DNA from: Promethearchaeota archaeon
Lineage (GTDB): Archaea; Asgardarchaeota; Hermodarchaeia; Hermodarchaeales; Hermodarchaeaceae
Direction of reading: 5' to 3'
DNA: 64,000 bases
Assembly: GCA_048938385.1 (NCBI GenBank)
Contig: JBHLMG010000001.1
Location: 160,001-224,000, forward strand
Below are positions 27,690-35,588 of this stretch, one piece after another. Numbering within the stretch: position 1 is the first letter of the stretch; each line of letters opens with the position of its first letter. The position numbers and the translations under genes are program-made. The notes beneath the pieces were generated by a model. That model had not been told where the DNA came from, did no database searches, and worked only from the letters and a program-made list of their open reading frames with translations.

Positions 27690-29100
27690 TGAACTACTCC
27701 TGAATAATTCCAGGAGTTCCCATCGAGTCCACTCCCCGAGGAATGTGGGGGAGGGCTGTGTGTCGATGCAAGCCATGCAAGAACGCTTGCAGTGGCTCCC
27801 TGTTCACAGGGGATTGCTGCAATAGGAACCGCACCATGATGTTGACTGCCGCGTTTTTATCTCGATCCAATGTGGTTCCACAATTGCATTGAATAACGCG
27901 CTCGGATAATAACCGATCATTGATTTGACCGCAGACACAACAGGTCTTCGTAGTATACGATTCGTCAATTCTTGCCACTCTCTTCCCTACTTTTTCAGCT
28001 TTGTAGGTCAAGAATTCGGCGAACCTACCTAACGCTCCTGTATTATATACTGAATAATTCAAGGTCCGCGCAGCTTGAGCTCTTAGGGAATTACCCTTCA
28101 GCTGTTGCTTCCGAGCCATGGTTTTGACCTTGAGGGCACCTAAGACAAGTGTATTGGCCTGTGTATTTTCGACAACATTTTTTGACACTTTGTGTTGATA
28201 ATCGCGTAGCTGGTTGGCTAGCTTCTGTTGCATTTTTTGGAGTTTTTTGCGATAGAAGTGCCACCTGTGACTGCCTTTTTTGCAATGGTCGCGCCGGGAT
28301 TGCACCTCCTGGATTTTCTTTCTCCAGTACAGGTCGGGACGACGGTTCTGAATCTGGATAAATTTTCCATGCATGTTGACCGCGGTGACTAAATTCGTAA
28401 TGCCCAGGTCAATGGCTTGGTATAGCATATTATCCACAAATGGAGAAACCTTCGCAGAACGCACAATTGCCACAAACCACCTATGACGCGCATCCTGAAA
28501 GATTTCTACTTGCTTAACCTCTCCTTCAAGTCGTGACAGCCAAGGCAAATTAAAAAGTAGTGCCACTCCCGAAGGATGCTTGTGAGAAAATTGTATAGTC
28601 TTTCTCTCGGTATCGATGCTAAATCCTGATTGATTGTAGCACAGTGTCGTGAAGAAATTCTTACCTTTGAACCTGGGCGGTCGTGCTTGCTTGTCACCTG
28701 TTTTCCATCGGGCAAAGAAAGACTTGTAGTCAGCATCCAACTTCCGAAGTGTCATTTGGAGAACCTTCGAATAGACCCAGAAATATTCAGGAAATTGGCG
28801 TTTGAGGGCAGGTAGGTTGTTCTGTTGTGTTGTGTAGGTGATATAGTTTCGCTCTGTCTCCGGTTTCGTGCGATTTGATTCCCAGTTTTGACGGCGTTCG
28901 TTCAGGGCGAAGTTGTAGAGGAGCCGACATTTCTCAGACAAGATCCATAATATCTGCTCTTGTTTTGGTGTGGGTTTTATGCAAATTTTATGTGTCAGCA
29001 TCTTGTGGCTCATGCTACAGATATGGTGCGCGTTCGGATTTTTCAGTCTAGAGGGAGGGGGACTGATAACTATCTGGTCAATTCTTCCCGGGAATGCTAA
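27690..29100 (-). mobile_element. IS200/IS605-family tnpB-only (IS1341-like) element
   Basis: tnpB plus right-end hairpin CTCCTG-GAATTATT-CAGGAG-TAG-TTCA; no tnpA; left end not resolved. Confidence 0.7.
27694..29013 (-). CDS. tnpB: RNA-guided endonuclease TnpB
   Basis: HTH_OrfB N-terminus, PPRFK, AIDLG, YTTKTCCVCG Zn finger, DRDKNAAVNI. Confidence 0.93.
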   Translation of the reverse strand: MSHKMLTHKICIKPTPKQEQILWILSEKCRLLYNFALNERRQNWESNRTKPETERNYITYTTQQNNLPALKRQFPEYFWVYSKVLQMTLRKLDADYKSFFARWKTGDKQARPPRFKGKNFFTTLCYNQSGFSIDTERKTIQFSHKHPSGVALLFNLPWLSRLEGEVKQVEIFQDARHRWFVAIVRSAKVSPFVDNMLYQAIDLGITNLVTAVNMHGKFIQIQNRRPDLYWRKKIQEVQSRRDHCKKGSHRWHFYRKKLQKMQQKLANQLRDYQHKVSKNVVENTQANTLVLGALKVKTMARKQQLKGNSLRAQAARTLNYSVYNTGALGRFAEFLTYKAEKVGKRVARIDESYTTKTCCVCGQINDRLLSERVIQCNCGTTLDRDKNAAVNIMVRFLLQQSPVNREPLQAFLHGLHRHTALPHIPRGVDSMGTPGIIQE

Positions 29101-29152
29101 AACAGAGATTTTCTGCAAAATAGTTAAAAGGTACGAGCTGGGGTTAAGTGCT

Positions 29153-29304
29153 GCCGAGGTAGCTTAGCCTGGTTGAGCGCCAGACTCATAGGGCACTGCC
29201 CCAGGGTCAAGATTTGATGATTGCTGGCGCACCGGAGACATCTGGAGGTCGCGGGTTCGAACCGATGTCCTCGGGACTTCGCGGAACGCCCGCCCTCGGC
29301 ACCA
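29153..29304 (+). tRNA. tRNA-Met(CAT), elongator type, with introns at 37/38 (29191-29239) and 59/60 (29262-29287)
   Basis: GCCGAGG acceptor, CT-CAT-A; T-loop BHB TTCG-AAC..CGGA-ACG. Confidence 0.9.
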
Positions 29305-29317
29305 ATTGAAGAGTTGA

Positions 29318-29395
29318 GCCTCAGTGGCATAGCCTGGCTAGCGCACCGCCTTGGTAAGGCGGGGGTCGCGGGTTCGAATCCCGCCTGAGGCTCCA
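29318..29395 (+). tRNA. tRNA-Thr(GGT), no intron
   Basis: CCGCC-TTGGTAA-GGCGG arm, CCA. Confidence 0.95.
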
Positions 29396-29489
29396 CAATT
29401 TTTGTGTTTTCAAGGGAAGATGTGAGATTTTTAAAGAGAAAGCGAATGAATCCCTATGCTGGCAACTGTAATGCGAGGTGAATTTCGCC

Positions 29490-30176
29490 ATGACGGTGGA
29501 TGAAGAAAAACGCTTAGCGGCAGAAGCTGCGATCAATCATGTGTCTGATGGGATGTGTTTAGGTGTTGGTACAGGTTCGACGGTGGAAGTGTTCATTGAG
29601 TTACTAGTTGAGAAAATTGCGGCAGAAAACATCACCATCACAGCAGTTCCCACCTCGTGTGCCACTCAACTACGGTTACATGATGTTGGAATCACCACCA
29701 TTCCTTTGGGGTGCGTCACGAGTTTACCTTGCGCTGTGGATGGTGCTGACGAAGTAGATTCCACCATGGCCCTCATTAAAGGGGGAGGAGCTGCGCTTCT
29801 TCGAGAAAAAATCTTAGCTGAAGCAGCTCAGCAATTGGTCATCATTGTTGACAGTGGTAAATTAGTTAAACGATTAGGGGCTCGAACACCCATTCCGGTA
29901 GAGGTTCTTCCTGAAGCTCTCGCACTGACCATGGATCGAATTCAACAACTCGGTGGTTCACCCATGCTACGACAAGCCAAACGAAAAGCAGGTCCTATCA
30001 TCACCGATAACGGAAATTTCATCCTAGATGTAACATTTCCCAAAATCACCAATATCGCAGCCTTAGATACAAAACTCAACGCGATTCCTGGAGTTATTGA
30101 AAACGGGCTTTTTCCAGATCAAGCTGATGTTGTGTATGTTGGTCAAAAGAAGACTGTGAAAATCTTACAACGATAA
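29490..30176 (+). CDS. rpiA: Ribose-5-phosphate isomerase A
   Basis: GTGSTV, DGADEVD, IKGGGAALLREKI, TDNGNFILD. Confidence 0.96.
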   Translation: MTVDEEKRLAAEAAINHVSDGMCLGVGTGSTVEVFIELLVEKIAAENITITAVPTSCATQLRLHDVGITTIPLGCVTSLPCAVDGADEVDSTMALIKGGGAALLREKILAEAAQQLVIIVDSGKLVKRLGARTPIPVEVLPEALALTMDRIQQLGGSPMLRQAKRKAGPIITDNGNFILDVTFPKITNIAALDTKLNAIPGVIENGLFPDQADVVYVGQKKTVKILQR

Positions 30177-30223
30177 AACACAACATCCATAAAGTACTAG
30201 CTCTTCTTCGCTAGCCAATACGA

Positions 30224-30346
30224 GGGCCCGTGGCCAAGTCGGATAGGATGAAAATCTCCGCAGAAGGCGCCGGCCTCCTAAGCCGGTAATCCCGGGTTCG
30301 AAAGCGTCCATCCTGATTGGCGTCGAGATTCCCGGCGGGCCCGCCA
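30224..30346 (+). tRNA. tRNA-Arg(CCT) with D-arm intron (~30246-30264) and 59/60 intron (30303-30329)
   Basis: CCGGC-CTCCTAA-GCCGG; T-loop BHB TTCG-AAA..CGAG-ATT. Confidence 0.9.
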
Positions 30347-30367
30347 TTTTCTTAATGATGTTGAGTT

Positions 30368-30964
30368 TCAGCTTCCGGCTACAATATCTGCAGGCGCGAC
30401 TAGATAGTAGGTGGGTTCACCTTGACGGTCTAACACTGCAAGCATCAATTTCTTGCGATTGCGTTTTGCCTGTTTGGTGAAAACATCAAGTTCTGTTACT
30501 TTGAGAGGAGAACCTTCCGAAATAGTACAGACGAAATACTTAGCTGTTGCTTCATTAAGTTTGGCACCACGAGGATAAACCCGAAATAACAACCCTTTCC
30601 CATACCCAGTACGGACAACATAGCCCCTACTCCGTAAATCGCTGTACACAAGAAAGCGTGTCCATAGCCCCAATTGCTTCTCTGCGAGTCGTTCAAGGAG
30701 AACCGAAAATTCCAGCGTGTTCTTCTTTAAATCCTTCACCGAGATACGTTGCCGTCTCAGTAGCAATAATGCCTCTTCGGGTTCAAGGATAAGCGTTTGC
30801 GAGTCTTTCAAAGTTCCGTAATACCCGGCTTCAAACAATAGTTTCGCATGTTGCCCTGTGATTACCACGCGACCACGGGTTAGCTTTGCTTGAATGGGTT
30901 CATCGGGGAGTTGAGATCGTTCATCGCTGGGCGTATCATCCTCAATGGTTTTTTCCTTGGTCAT
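30368..30964 (-). CDS. endA: tRNA splicing endonuclease subunit (probably structural beta subunit)
   Basis: LEPEEAL, VYSDLRSRGYVV, FRVYPRG, RKKLMLAV..G.PTYY; catalytic His position is Thr. Confidence 0.88.
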   Translation of the reverse strand: MTKEKTIEDDTPSDERSQLPDEPIQAKLTRGRVVITGQHAKLLFEAGYYGTLKDSQTLILEPEEALLLLRRQRISVKDLKKNTLEFSVLLERLAEKQLGLWTRFLVYSDLRSRGYVVRTGYGKGLLFRVYPRGAKLNEATAKYFVCTISEGSPLKVTELDVFTKQAKRNRKKLMLAVLDRQGEPTYYLVAPADIVAGS

Positions 30965-31030
30965 CCTTGAACACCATCTCAAGCGAAAAGAGGCGAAGCT
31001 ATATAACCTCTTCCCGTCACCCCCAATTTA

Positions 31031-31519
31031 ATGAAATCCTGGCAACAACGACTCGAAGCAGTTTTTTTTAAATCTAATAAAACTGCCATTATCGGCATCG
31101 GTAATGACCTTAAAGCAGACGATGGCGTTGGACCCTACATCATCGACAAACTTCAAACTCAAGTCCCACCACACATCGAACTTATCAACGCCAGCACAGT
31201 TCCCGAGAATTTCATTAACCACCTTATTGAAACTACCCCTTCTCTGATCCTCCTAATCGATGCCGCATTAATGAACTCCAAACCCGGAACTATTCGTCTC
31301 ATCGACAAATCCAACATTGGAGGCGTGGCATTCTCAACCCATCAACTCCCCCTCACCTTCTTCATCGAATACATCGAAAACAACATCAAGACGACCATTC
31401 TCATCCTTGGAATTCAACCTCTCACCGACGAGTTTACCCTCCCCCTCTCTCAACCCGTCCAAACCGCCGCTCAACAAATTATCAAAACCCTAACCCAGCT
31501 TTTCCAACAAAGCGTTTGA
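31031..31519 (+). CDS. hycI: Hydrogenase maturation protease (HycI-like)
   Basis: GIGNDLKADDGVG, TVPENF, IDAA, STHQLPL, GIQP. Confidence 0.88.
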   Translation: MKSWQQRLEAVFFKSNKTAIIGIGNDLKADDGVGPYIIDKLQTQVPPHIELINASTVPENFINHLIETTPSLILLIDAALMNSKPGTIRLIDKSNIGGVAFSTHQLPLTFFIEYIENNIKTTILILGIQPLTDEFTLPLSQPVQTAAQQIIKTLTQLFQQSV

Positions 31520-31562
31520 AAACTCTTATAAGCAATTCAGTAAAACCTACTTCTTCGCTAAT

Positions 31563-31695
31563 CCCGGCGTAGCTCAACCTGGTAGAGCGTCTGGCTGTAG
31601 GTTAACACCGCACCCTGAGCCATCTTGGCAATGATTCGGTGCCAACCAACGCAGATACCAGATGGTTCCTGGTTCAAATCCGGGCGCCGGGACCA
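31563..31695 (+). tRNA. tRNA-Tyr(GTA) with 56-nt canonical intron (31601-31656)
   Basis: C1:G72, CT-GTA-G, CTGT/GCAG helix. Confidence 0.93.
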
Positions 31696-31746
31696 AATCA
31701 CAGAGTAACCTTTATATCACTCCTGACCTTGCAAAACTGAGGCTGC

Positions 31747-31854
31747 GCCCGTTTAGTGTAGCCAGGTCTATCATCTGGGACTGTCAATGGTCTATACTCG
31801 ATATAGGCCAATGGATCTCCTAGGACTCGGGTTCAAATCCCGGAACGGGCGCCA
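31747..31854 (+). tRNA. tRNA-Asp(GTC) with 30-nt canonical intron (31787-31816)
   Basis: CT-GTC-A; BHB CTGT-CAA..ATGG-ATC. Confidence 0.93.
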
Positions 31855-31924
31855 TTTCTTCTCTTCGTCGGTCTTTTGCGCGATTTTGAGGTTTAAGCCT
31901 AGGACATCTGGCGGTTTAATCGAA

Positions 31925-32189
31925 AGCTTAAAAAGGCGTTTGTACATTGTCGCCGTAGTTCCGCAGACGGTCTGCTTCGCTGGAGCGACGGCTGGTTTGG
32001 CGCCGCATGTTTCTGCCTAGGCAAAATTACGGATGAGACAGTATTCCCGCTCTACAACGCTTGACAAAAAGGGATCAATCGTCTTCTCATGCGGGCTAAG
32101 GCTCGATGGGCTCATCGAAGGCATAGAACCGTTTTGTTGGAGTAGAATTGCCATCCTGCATTGAGCAGATTAGCCTTAGAGGGTCGAGT
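31925..32189 (+). promoter_or_regulatory. TATA-like box and long structured leader/ncRNA upstream of rpo2
   Basis: CTTAAAAA at ~31927; helices CCGTAGTT/AATTACGG, CTAAGGCT/AGCCTTAG, TCGATG/CATCGA. Confidence 0.55.
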
Positions 32190-35100
32190 ATGGTACTATC
32201 ATCAGAAGACCGTTGGTCCGTAATGAAGTCCTTCTTCAGTTCAAAGGGATTAGTCAGGCAACACCTTGACTCGTATAATGACTTTGTAGAACGCCGCATC
32301 AAACAGATTGTAAGCGATGTTGGTAAAATTGAGCCTGACATTGAAAATTACTACGTTCGGCTTGGACGAATAGAAATTCAAAACCCCTCAGTCCGTGAAG
32401 CCGACGGATCTGTGCGTAACATCACTCCCTCTGAAGCACGGATTCGAAACCTCACATATTCTTCTCCCATTTATCTAGAAATGACCCCAGTCTATCAGGA
32501 CAAGAAAACGGGAATGGAATATGATGAGGAAACAACCAGCGTCTACGTTGGCCGACTCCCGATTATGCTAAAATCCGCCTTTTGTCGGCTTTCTGCTATG
32601 ACACCTGAAGAGCTAGTCGAAGTGGGTGAGGATCCAAATGATCCTGGCGGTTATTTCATTATCAATGGTTCTGAAAGAGTATTAGTAACTCAGGAAGACC
32701 TTGCACCCAACCGCATACTAATTGAAGAAGCGACAAGTAGTAGCGCCTGTACTCACATGGCAAAGGTCTTTTCAACGGCTCGCGGATTCCGTGCTCCAGT
32801 AACCATGGAACGACGGACGGATCATACCTATCGGGTGTCCTTTCCCTCGGTTCCTGGTAAAATCCCCTTAGTTGTTTTATTACGGGCATTAGGGCTAGTC
32901 ACAGACCGCGAAGTAGTTTCCGCTATCACCGATGATCCCGTGTTAGCCCAAGAACTAATTCCCAGCTTTCATGCAACTGAGGCGCTCGTAGTTCCTAAGG
33001 ATGCAAAGGCGACGCGTGAAAATGCCTTAGACTACATAGGAAAACGCGTTGCAGTTGGGCAAACGAAGGATTACCGGCTCAGACGCGCAGAACAGGTACT
33101 CAACCGATATTTGCTCCCGCATATAGGAACGGATTCCGGGGCAGCCCTTGCTAAGGCACACTATGTAGGGCAAATGACTCAACGGCTTTTAGAGTTAAGC
33201 GTAGACCGACGCGAGCAAGACGACAAAGATCACTACGCCAATAAGCGATTAAAACTCGCTGGGGATCTACTTACAAGTCTCTTCCGTGTGGCTTTCCATA
33301 ACCTCACACGTGACATTAAATACCAACTCGAACGCACCGCTACACGAGGACGCAAACCCAATATCAAAACCGCTGTTCGCGCAGATGTCATCACAGAACG
33401 CTTGCGCCACGCCCTCGCCACAGGGAACTGGGTTGGGGGCAAAGCCGGTGTAAGCCAGCTCCTCGACCGCGTCAACTACATGTCTTCCATCAGCCACCTC
33501 CGACGAGTCGTTTCTCCCCTCAGCCGTAGCCAGCCACACTTCGAAGCCCGCGACCTCCACCCCACTCATTTTGGAAAGATCTGTCCCAACGAAACACCTG
33601 AAGGTCCGAATTGCGGGCTTGTGAAAAACCTTGCCTTAATGTCTCACATCTCCGTTGGTTCTGATGAAGCTGAAGTTGAGGAAGCGCTAATCTCGCTCAA
33701 AGTCCAACCTATCGATGCAAAATCGAAGGAGGAGAAAAAGAACTCGTATATTTACCTAAATGGGCGATTTGTAGGGACTCATTCACAACCAGAACTCCTG
33801 GTCACTCGTCTGCGTGATCGTCGACAACGTAATGAGCTGAATGATCAGGTCAACCTTGCATTTTACGCAGACACCAACGAGGTTCAAATCAACTCAGATG
33901 CAGGTCGAGTACGTAGACCATTAATTATTGTAAAGGAAGGCGTACCACTCCTCGAAAAACAGCATGTTGAACGGGTTAAAAGTCGAGAATTAACTTGGGA
34001 AGACTTGGTGAAGGCGGGAATCATCGAGTATCTGGATGCCGAAGAAGAAGAAAACTCTCTCATCGCAATGCAGGTAGAGGAAATAACTCCAGAACACACT
34101 CATTTAGAAATTGTTCCTGAAACTATATTGGGGATTTGCGCAAGTTTAGTTCCGTTTGCTGAACACAATCAATCACCACGTAATACCTATGAAGCTGGAA
34201 TGGCAAAACAGGCATTGGGCTTATACTCAGCGAATTTTTCCTTGCGTGTTGATACACGAAGTCATCTACTCCACTATGTCCAAAGTCCTATAGTCACTAC
34301 ACGACCAATGGAAGTTATCGGGTACATGCGAAGGCCGGCAGGACAAAACTTCATCGTTGCCATTCACTCCTTCCAAGGATATAATATCGAAGATGCACTA
34401 GTCATCAATAAAGCCTCCATCGAACGAGGAATTGCCCGTTCCTCCTTCTTCCGTTGTTATGACGCAGAAGAACGAAAATATCCTGGTGGACAGGAAGACA
34501 AATTCGAAATTCCAAGCCGAGAGGTGCGAGGATACCGAGCCTCAGAAGCGTACCGGTTACTCAGCGAAGATGGGATCATTGAACCGGAATTCCAAGTAGG
34601 CGGCGATGAAATTCTCATTGGACGAACAAGTCCTCCCCGATTCCTTGAAGAATATACAGAACTAGAGGTTCCCGGTCCCAAACGGCGTGAAACCTCCGTG
34701 AGCTTACGACATGGAGAAGAAGGAACTATCGATAAAGTTCTCATTTCCGAAACTATTGACGGCAACCGGCTCGTGAAGGTGAAGGTTCGTGATGAACGCA
34801 TCCCTGAACTTGGAGATAAATTTGCTAGTCGACATGGACAAAAAGGCGTTATTGGGCTTCTAGCTCCTCAGGAAGACATGCCTTTCACTGAAAGTGGAAT
34901 TGTACCGGATCTAGTCGTGAATGCCCATGCATTTCCTAGCCGAATGACCCTCGGTCAAATCCTCGAATCTATGGCCGGGAAAATTGGATGCCTTCAAGGG
35001 AAATCCATTGATGCGACTCCTTTCTCCGGAAGGAAACTTGAAGAAATGATTCGTGACCTACATGAACTAGGCTTCAAATATAGCGGTCGAGAAACCATGT

Positions 35101-35552
35101 ATAATGGGGTTACAGGTCACAAATATGATGTTGATTTGTTTGTTGGCGTTGTCTATTACCAAAAACTCCACCACCTCGTGGCAGACAAAATGCATGCCCG
35201 CGCCCGTGGACCTGTGCAGATTCTTACTCGACAACCCACAGAGGGTCGGGCTCGAGAAGGTGGATTACGCTTTGGCGAAATGGAACGCGACTGTCTTATT
35301 GGTCATGGCGCTGCCCTTCTATTACGCGAACGACTTCTAGAAGAGTCAGACAAATACACAGCTATGGTTTGCGAAGAATGTGGCATGCTTGCAGAATATG
35401 ATCGTACGAGGGACCGATACCGCTGTCGAGTGTGTTCTCCGAAAACAACTACCATCAGCAAAGTAGAGATGTCATATGCATTCAAACTCGTTCTACAGGA
35501 ACTCATCTCACTCGGTATTTGGCCCCGATTGAAATTATCCGATCGAACATAA
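32190..35552 (+). CDS. rpo2: RNA polymerase subunit Rpo2 (B, unsplit)
   Basis: ETPEGPNCGL, GDKFASRHGQKG, GGLRFGEMERD. Confidence 0.98.
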   Translation: MVLSSEDRWSVMKSFFSSKGLVRQHLDSYNDFVERRIKQIVSDVGKIEPDIENYYVRLGRIEIQNPSVREADGSVRNITPSEARIRNLTYSSPIYLEMTPVYQDKKTGMEYDEETTSVYVGRLPIMLKSAFCRLSAMTPEELVEVGEDPNDPGGYFIINGSERVLVTQEDLAPNRILIEEATSSSACTHMAKVFSTARGFRAPVTMERRTDHTYRVSFPSVPGKIPLVVLLRALGLVTDREVVSAITDDPVLAQELIPSFHATEALVVPKDAKATRENALDYIGKRVAVGQTKDYRLRRAEQVLNRYLLPHIGTDSGAALAKAHYVGQMTQRLLELSVDRREQDDKDHYANKRLKLAGDLLTSLFRVAFHNLTRDIKYQLERTATRGRKPNIKTAVRADVITERLRHALATGNWVGGKAGVSQLLDRVNYMSSISHLRRVVSPLSRSQPHFEARDLHPTHFGKICPNETPEGPNCGLVKNLALMSHISVGSDEAEVEEALISLKVQPIDAKSKEEKKNSYIYLNGRFVGTHSQPELLVTRLRDRRQRNELNDQVNLAFYADTNEVQINSDAGRVRRPLIIVKEGVPLLEKQHVERVKSRELTWEDLVKAGIIEYLDAEEEENSLIAMQVEEITPEHTHLEIVPETILGICASLVPFAEHNQSPRNTYEAGMAKQALGLYSANFSLRVDTRSHLLHYVQSPIVTTRPMEVIGYMRRPAGQNFIVAIHSFQGYNIEDALVINKASIERGIARSSFFRCYDAEERKYPGGQEDKFEIPSREVRGYRASEAYRLLSEDGIIEPEFQVGGDEILIGRTSPPRFLEEYTELEVPGPKRRETSVSLRHGEEGTIDKVLISETIDGNRLVKVKVRDERIPELGDKFASRHGQKGVIGLLAPQEDMPFTESGIVPDLVVNAHAFPSRMTLGQILESMAGKIGCLQGKSIDATPFSGRKLEEMIRDLHELGFKYSGRETMYNGVTGHKYDVDLFVGVVYYQKLHHLVADKMHARARGPVQILTRQPTEGRAREGGLRFGEMERDCLIGHGAALLLRERLLEESDKYTAMVCEECGMLAEYDRTRDRYRCRVCSPKTTTISKVEMSYAFKLVLQELISLGIWPRLKLSDRT

Positions 35553-35588
35553 ACCCCTTGGAAGGAGGCAATAACAATATCAAACCCA

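Noticed and set aside
27694-29013. Nuclease-dead TnpB (TldR-like)
   Set aside because: Loss of the RuvC-II Glu is accompanied by the alternative Glu in DESYT, typical of active rearranged enzymes
26680-29395. Integrated element bounded by tRNA-Thr direct repeats
   Set aside because: Repeat order is wrong, there is no integrase, and the interval contains host tRNA genes
32970-33020. In-frame intron in rpo2 (LVVPKDAK region)
   Set aside because: No convincing BHB motif; probably a variable protein loop
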